Position numbers and translations under genes: made by a program. Shown here in pieces: positions 15,696-18,792 of a stretch of 18,792 nucleotides of DNA (its first letter is position 1; each line of letters opens with the position of its first letter). Under the pieces are notes generated by a model that worked only from the letters and a program-made list of their open reading frames with translations, was not told where the DNA came from and searched no databases. Location: contig JACQNY010000111.1 of assembly GCA_016202795.1 (NCBI GenBank), forward strand, positions 1 through 18,792, written 5' to 3'. Origin of the DNA: Candidatus Aenigmatarchaeota archaeon (GTDB lineage: Archaea > Aenigmatarchaeota > Aenigmatarchaeia > JACPZZ01).

Positions 15696-16208
15696 TTACC
15701 AGGGCTCCTTTTTTGCGCCGATTTTATAGCCTATGATATTGGTCGCCAAATGCACCAAAGGCGTGATTATCACTATCAGCATTATCGTGTCCGCTCCTAT
15801 GCTGTAAATAAAAGACGCAAAAAAAATCGCGCCGGCAACAAAATCCAACTGGTCTAATAACAGGGCCGGTGAGCCGCGCTTTAACCCGAAACGGCGCTTT
15901 ACAAAGCCTCCGACAAGGTCGCCGAAAAGCGCGCCGAAGCCCAGCAACGCGCCGGATAAAGGATTCATCTGGAAGTGAAAATCCAAACTGTAAAAAATTT
16001 GCAGGAGGCTTTGCAAAAAGCCTATCACCGCTCCCAGCGCAACCCCCAAAGAAAAGCCTTCGAACGTCTTGCCTGCGCCAAAAATTGGGCGTCCGTCAAA
16101 AAAATTCCTTGAAAAATCCATCCTTAACCTGCCTCTGGCAAGCGTCGCGCCGCTATTCGCAAAATACGCAGGCAGTATCAGCCACAGCGCGCTGAAAACG
16201 TCAGACAT
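15696..16208 (-). CDS. carS: CDP-archaeol synthase (CarS, DUF46 family)
   Basis: 170 aa membrane protein. 'LPAYFANSGA', 'GAGKTFEG' and 'GDLVGGFVKRRFG' match my recollection of CarS. It is adjacent to the CDP-alcohol transferase. Confidence 0.75.
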   Translation of the reverse strand: MSDVFSALWLILPAYFANSGATLARGRLRMDFSRNFFDGRPIFGAGKTFEGFSLGVALGAVIGFLQSLLQIFYSLDFHFQMNPLSGALLGFGALFGDLVGGFVKRRFGLKRGSPALLLDQLDFVAGAIFFASFIYSIGADTIMLIVIITPLVHLATNIIGYKIGAKKEPW

Positions 16209-16240
16209 ACGATTAATAAAAACTAATCAAAATATATACT
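16209..16240. promoter_or_regulatory. divergent promoter region between carS and the DedA-like gene
   Basis: A 32-nt AT-rich gap. On the minus strand, 'TATATATTTT' lies about 20-30 nt before the carS ATG. On the plus strand, 'TTAATAAAAA' lies about 18-28 nt before the ATG at 16241. Both mRNAs would be leaderless or nearly so. Confidence 0.45.
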
Positions 16241-16726
16241 ATGGATTTTTCGGCGTTTTCGGATCTGTTGATAAGCCAGTGGGGATATCTGGGAATATTA
16301 TTTGTCCAGTTAATTAGTTCTTCGACGATTTTGTTGCCGTTGCCCGGAATCGCGGTTGTGTTCCTGTACGGCGCGGTCCTCAACCCGTTAATCGTTGGTT
16401 TGTTCGCCGCTACAGGCAGCGCCTTAGGGGAGTTAACAGGTTACGCTGTCGGTTATGGTGGCCACAAGTTGATTATCAGTAAAAACAGGGAATTTTCGAA
16501 AAAAGTGCGCTCATTGTTCCACAGGTATAACCCGTTTTTCGTGATAATGTTTTTTTCTGTTATTCCGTTTCCTTTTGATGTTGTTGGCGTTTTATGCGGA
16601 CTTTCCAAATACGACATTAAGAAGTTCTTTATAGCGACGTTTATCGGCAACTGGATAAAGCTTTCCGCTGTCGCGTTGGCAGGTTTTCATGGCCTGCCGT
16701 GGGTGTTGAAAATATTCGGCGGATGA
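16241..16726 (+). CDS. DedA/VTT (SNARE-associated) family membrane protein
   Basis: 161 aa with four or so TM helices. 'LPLPGIAVVFLYG', 'GELTGYAVGYGG' and 'FFSVIPFPFDVVGVLCG' are typical of the VTT domain. Confidence 0.75.
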   Translation: MDFSAFSDLLISQWGYLGILFVQLISSSTILLPLPGIAVVFLYGAVLNPLIVGLFAATGSALGELTGYAVGYGGHKLIISKNREFSKKVRSLFHRYNPFFVIMFFSVIPFPFDVVGVLCGLSKYDIKKFFIATFIGNWIKLSAVALAGFHGLPWVLKIFGG

Positions 16727-16737
16727 ATGGGTAGTTA

Positions 16738-16811
16738 GAAACATATGCATCGGAAAATGAAGCATACCGATACAGCATACGGTATGCTTCTAGCTGTCAA
16801 GCATATGTTTC
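16738..16811. repeat. two-tier hairpin element H1 (11-bp outer helix, 10x10 internal loop, 11-bp inner helix, 10-nt loop)
   Basis: GAAACATATGC (16738..16748) pairs perfectly with GCATATGTTTC (16801..16811). GAAGCATACCG (16759..16769) pairs perfectly with CGGTATGCTTC (16780..16790). The blocks start at 16738, 16759, 16780 and 16801, exactly 21 nt apart. Confidence 0.8.
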
Positions 16812-16820
16812 AGTTTACGA

Positions 16821-16994
16821 TGCTCCCGCCGGGATTTGAACCCGGGTTTAGAGGTGTCTGCCAAGCGTTTTTCCCAAGGTTTTTCTTTTACCCTAAGGCT
16901 TTTCTTTCAATTTAATTTCTTTCCCTCAAGGCTTTCTTTTGAAAGAAAGGCTTGTCCGCAACCTCTTGTCTTATCCAGACTGGACCACGGGAGC
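16821..16994 (-). tRNA. tRNA-Arg (anticodon GCG) with a 100-nt intron at the canonical 37/38 position
   Basis: Folded by hand. Acceptor GCUCCCG/CGGGAGC (7 Watson-Crick pairs), D arm with GG, anticodon stem AGAGG/CCUCU, loop UU-GCG-GA, T arm CCGGG-UUCAAAU-CCCGG, discriminator A. No CCA is encoded. The mature length is 74 nt. Confidence 0.9.
16856..16955 (-). other. tRNA intron bounded by a canonical bulge-helix-bulge motif
   Basis: The 4-bp central helix is U32-C35 paired with 16858..16861. The 3-nt bulges are G36-G37-A and A-C-A. A 5-bp outer helix pairs CAAGC (16954..16950) with GCUUG (16866..16862). Cleavage after the second bulge nucleotide restores a 7-nt anticodon loop. Confidence 0.85.
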
Positions 16995-17021
16995 GCCCAC
17001 AACTAGACACATAGGTTGCTA

Positions 17022-17144
17022 GAAACAGACGCATAACAGCTAGAAGCATACCGTATACTGAATAGTTTGCTAAAGCAAACTATTTGAGAAAATCCGATGA
17101 TTTTCTCAATATCGGTATGCTTCAGTTTACGATGCGTCTGTTTC
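17022..17144. repeat. two-tier hairpin element H2, homolog of H1 with an enlarged apex
   Basis: GAAACAGACGC (17022..17032) pairs perfectly with GCGTCTGTTTC (17134..17144). GAAGCATACCG (17043..17053) pairs perfectly with CGGTATGCTTC (17113..17123). The apex holds two perfect hairpins: 17061..17084 (10 bp, loop TAAA) and 17086..17107 (8 bp, loop CCGATG). Confidence 0.8.
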
Positions 17145-17172
17145 AATTTACCGATGTGTCAGTCTGGCTTGG

Positions 17173-17204
17173 TTAAACTTTCTTTAAAAAGAAAGTTTAA
17201 ATAT
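17173..17204. promoter_or_regulatory. 28-nt perfect palindrome overlapping the BRE/TATA promoter of the Zn-ribbon/ef1b genes; possible back-to-back divergent promoter
   Basis: TTAAACTTTCTTT-AA-AAAGAAAGTTTAA spans 17173..17200. On the plus strand, 'AGAAAG TTTAAATA' (BRE plus TATA) ends about 28 nt before the ATG at 17232. The mirror arm gives 'AGAAAG TTTAACCA' on the minus strand, facing the tRNA. Confidence 0.55.
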
Positions 17205-17231
17205 ATCACAGCGGATAAGTAATACGATATC

Positions 17232-17426
17232 ATGGAGCAACAGATTGAAATTAACAAAACCGACAAAAAATTATGCACAACGTGCGGGTCTGTTGTGGCT
17301 TACATCGGAACTTTCGTCGAGTTTCTGTGTCCAAACTGCAATTCAGATCTTATCAGGCGCTGCGAAAGGTGCAAAAATTTCAGCAACAAATACAAATGTT
17401 CAAAGTGTTCCTTTACAGGACCATAA
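17232..17426 (+). CDS. Zn-ribbon protein (COG2888-like, translation-associated, typically next to aEF-1beta)
   Basis: 64 aa with 'CTTCG', 'CPNC', 'CERC' and 'CSKC' pairs. It lies immediately upstream of ef1b, as in many archaea. Confidence 0.7.
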   Translation: MEQQIEINKTDKKLCTTCGSVVAYIGTFVEFLCPNCNSDLIRRCERCKNFSNKYKCSKCSFTGP

Positions 17427-17444
17427 ACAGCTAGAAGTGATTAA

Positions 17445-17702
17445 ATGGGAAATGTAATGGTAACTTTTCGTGTGATGCCCGAATCACCTGAGACGGACCT
17501 CGAAAAAATAAAGGACGCCCTTCTGAAGCTCGGATCAAAGAAAGTAGATACCGAACCTCTGGCTTTTGGTTTAAATGCGGTCATAGCATACTTCGTAGTT
17601 CCGGATGCTGAAGGCGGCACCGAAGATTTGGAAAAATCCGTAAAAAGCATAGAAGGCGTGTCCGAGGCGGAAATAACAGAAGTGAACAGGACGCTGTTCT
17701 AG
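17445..17702 (+). CDS. ef1b: translation elongation factor aEF-1 beta
   Basis: 85 aa. 'VMVTFRVMPESPETDLEKIK ... EPLAFGLNAV ... VPDAEGGTEDLEKSVKSIEGVSEAEI' matches the aEF-1beta pattern. The start could instead be the Met at codon 5. Confidence 0.9.
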   Translation: MGNVMVTFRVMPESPETDLEKIKDALLKLGSKKVDTEPLAFGLNAVIAYFVVPDAEGGTEDLEKSVKSIEGVSEAEITEVNRTLF

Positions 17703-17884
17703 GGAAACTTTACGATATTTTTGTCAGCAGGCGCCTTTAATTTTCTTCCACCCATACAAATTTTGCACCCGCGCGTGTATTTGCAGTCAGCACAAACAAT
17801 GGCATAACAGCTGTCGCAACTGAGTAGTTTAGTAACTTTACCGCAGCTCTGGCAGATTGAAGTTTTATCCATTAAAAGCCTCAC
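17699..17884 (-). CDS. small cysteine-rich zinc-finger protein (4 x CxxC)
   Basis: 61 aa with 'CQSC', 'CDSC', 'CADC' and 'CKIC'. ATGA overlap with the upstream wHTH gene. The start could be the internal Met at codon 5. Confidence 0.5.
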   Translation of the reverse strand: MRLLMDKTSICQSCGKVTKLLSCDSCYAIVCADCKYTRGCKICMGGRKLKAPADKNIVKFP

Positions 17885-18792
17885 TCCATGAATTGTACAT
17901 CCGTTACCTCTCCCTTGTGTGCCACGCCTTCCACGACTTTGGCTATAAAGTCCTTGTTTCTCATGTTTCCTTTCTCTATTCTGTCCGTATATTTCGTAAA
18001 TGCGAGTACAGCGGCATGCGTTCCCGCGGATTCCAGTCCAGCCAGCACAAGAATAAATTTGGCCTTGTCAAACGGGTTTCGTACCTTGCACACAAAACCC
18101 GCCTCGGGCTCCGAATATTCTTCCCCTGATACATCCGATATTATCCTTGTCCCGGTCTTGTTGAACCTTATCGGGAGATAGTCGTTGAATGTTTTTTGTA
18201 TCGTGTTCACATAAATCCCGCCGATGATTATCATATTATCTTTCGTGCTTTTCACGTCAAGGTCTGTGCAGCATATTTTTTCGCTCGCAAAACCGTATCG
18301 GCCAAGGACGGCTGCCACCTCCCCTGCTATATAGCCGGACCTCATCGACCGGTTAAGGCTTCCGTGAGGGATTGCGGCGCCGACAATTATCTTGCAGTTT
18401 ATGGTCTGGCTGTCAACAAATCCCTCTATCAGCCTCGGCACCTTGAAATATTCGCGAAGTTCATAATCGTGTTCAACAGGCCGGACGTAAGGCGGGACGA
18501 ACGCAAACGCGGTTTTTTTCACCGAATAAAACTCCGGCATTCCGACATGGATTTTTTTTATCCTCTCAACAAATCCGTGCTTTTCCAGAATTCTTATGTG
18601 GTAATAAATTTTTTGTTCGTGAATTCCCAATTCCTTTGAAATCTGCAGCGGATAGCTTTCCTTTTTAGCCAGCGTCTCCAGTATTTTTTTTCGTATCGGA
18701 TGTGTAAGCGCCTTTATGCCCTCGATGCCTTCTATGTTTCTTGCAGGCACGGCCGTCTTTCTCTTCCTGTCCAGTAGATAAAATGTTTCCAT
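17881..18792 (-). CDS. ArsR-type winged-helix transcriptional regulator with an uncharacterised ~200-aa C-terminal domain
   Basis: 303 aa. 'ALTHPIRKKILETLAKKESYPLQISKELGIHEQKIYYHIRILEKHGFVE' is an ArsR-like wHTH. The ATG lies on the last 3 nt of the window, so the true start could be further upstream. Confidence 0.7.
   Translation of the reverse strand: METFYLLDRKRKTAVPARNIEGIEGIKALTHPIRKKILETLAKKESYPLQISKELGIHEQKIYYHIRILEKHGFVERIKKIHVGMPEFYSVKKTAFAFVPPYVRPVEHDYELREYFKVPRLIEGFVDSQTINCKIIVGAAIPHGSLNRSMRSGYIAGEVAAVLGRYGFASEKICCTDLDVKSTKDNMIIIGGIYVNTIQKTFNDYLPIRFNKTGTRIISDVSGEEYSEPEAGFVCKVRNPFDKAKFILVLAGLESAGTHAAVLAFTKYTDRIEKGNMRNKDFIAKVVEGVAHKGEVTDVQFME

Noticed and set aside
16069-16317. An 82-aa plus-strand ORF crossing the carS start and the divergent promoter
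   Set aside because: It is antisense to carS for most of its length and out of frame with the DedA-like gene. It has no supporting signals.
16749-16800. BHB splice motif or K-turn within the 10x10 internal loops of H1/H2
   Set aside because: I could not find a 4-bp central helix between the loop strands. The tandem sheared G-A/A-G arrangement needed next to either helix is also missing.
16861-16955. Tandem ~18-30-nt repeats (CCAAGG/CCTAAGG/CCTCAAGG followed by a T-rich tract) considered as a mini CRISPR array or microsatellite
   Set aside because: The units are irregular in length and sequence and have no repeat-spacer architecture. The whole stretch lies inside a BHB-bounded tRNA intron.
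17054-17112. C/D-box sRNA in the H2 apex (CUGA at 17058..17061, CGAUGA at 17095..17100)
   Set aside because: The box order is wrong on the plus strand, with the D-like box before the C-like box. The C box lacks the RUGAUGA consensus, there is no second box pair, and nothing comparable appears on the minus strand.
16738-17144. Replication origin (inverted ORB-like repeats around an unwinding element)
   Set aside because: The phased inverted repeats are superficially origin-like. However, no orc1/cdc6 gene is adjacent, the only AT-rich tract between them is the tRNA intron, and the repeats do not match any ORB consensus I can recall with confidence.

Overview
This is an archaeal chromosomal window. 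It carries archaea-specific housekeeping genes (eS26, eL21, Rpo4/RpoF, Pus10, Pth2, aEF-1beta, prefoldin alpha, CarS), BRE/TATA-type promoters, and many 4-nt start/stop overlaps. From left to right: (1) rps26e. (2) A compact type IV filament locus. The plus strand encodes an ArlI/PilB-type ATPase, a KaiC/ArlH-like ATPase and a platform protein split into two genes. Four tandem class-III-signal-peptide pilin paralogs converge on it from the minus strand. (3) A long minus-strand housekeeping array: rpoF, rpl21e, pus10, a metallophosphoesterase, srp54, then ftsY, pfdA, a large polytopic membrane protein, a NUDIX hydrolase, pth2, a CDP-alcohol phosphatidyltransferase and carS. An orphan plus-strand gene sits between srp54 and ftsY. 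(4) A DedA/VTT membrane protein. (5) A roughly 500-nt non-coding region holding an intron-containing tRNA-Arg(GCG). (6) A Zn-ribbon protein, aEF-1beta, a small 4xCxxC protein and a wHTH regulator. Four things deserve a second look. First, two homologous two-tier hairpin elements with compensatory changes flank the tRNA; they are built from 11-nt blocks in an exact 21-nt register. Second, the pilus locus pairs a KaiC/ArlH-like ATPase with pilins rather than archaellins, and splits its platform protein. Third, ftsY is interrupted by one in-frame TAG. Fourth, the tRNA intron is 100 nt long, has a textbook bulge-helix-bulge motif and is internally repetitive. No CRISPR array, IS element or rRNA was seen. 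All functional calls come from reading motifs by eye; no database search was run.
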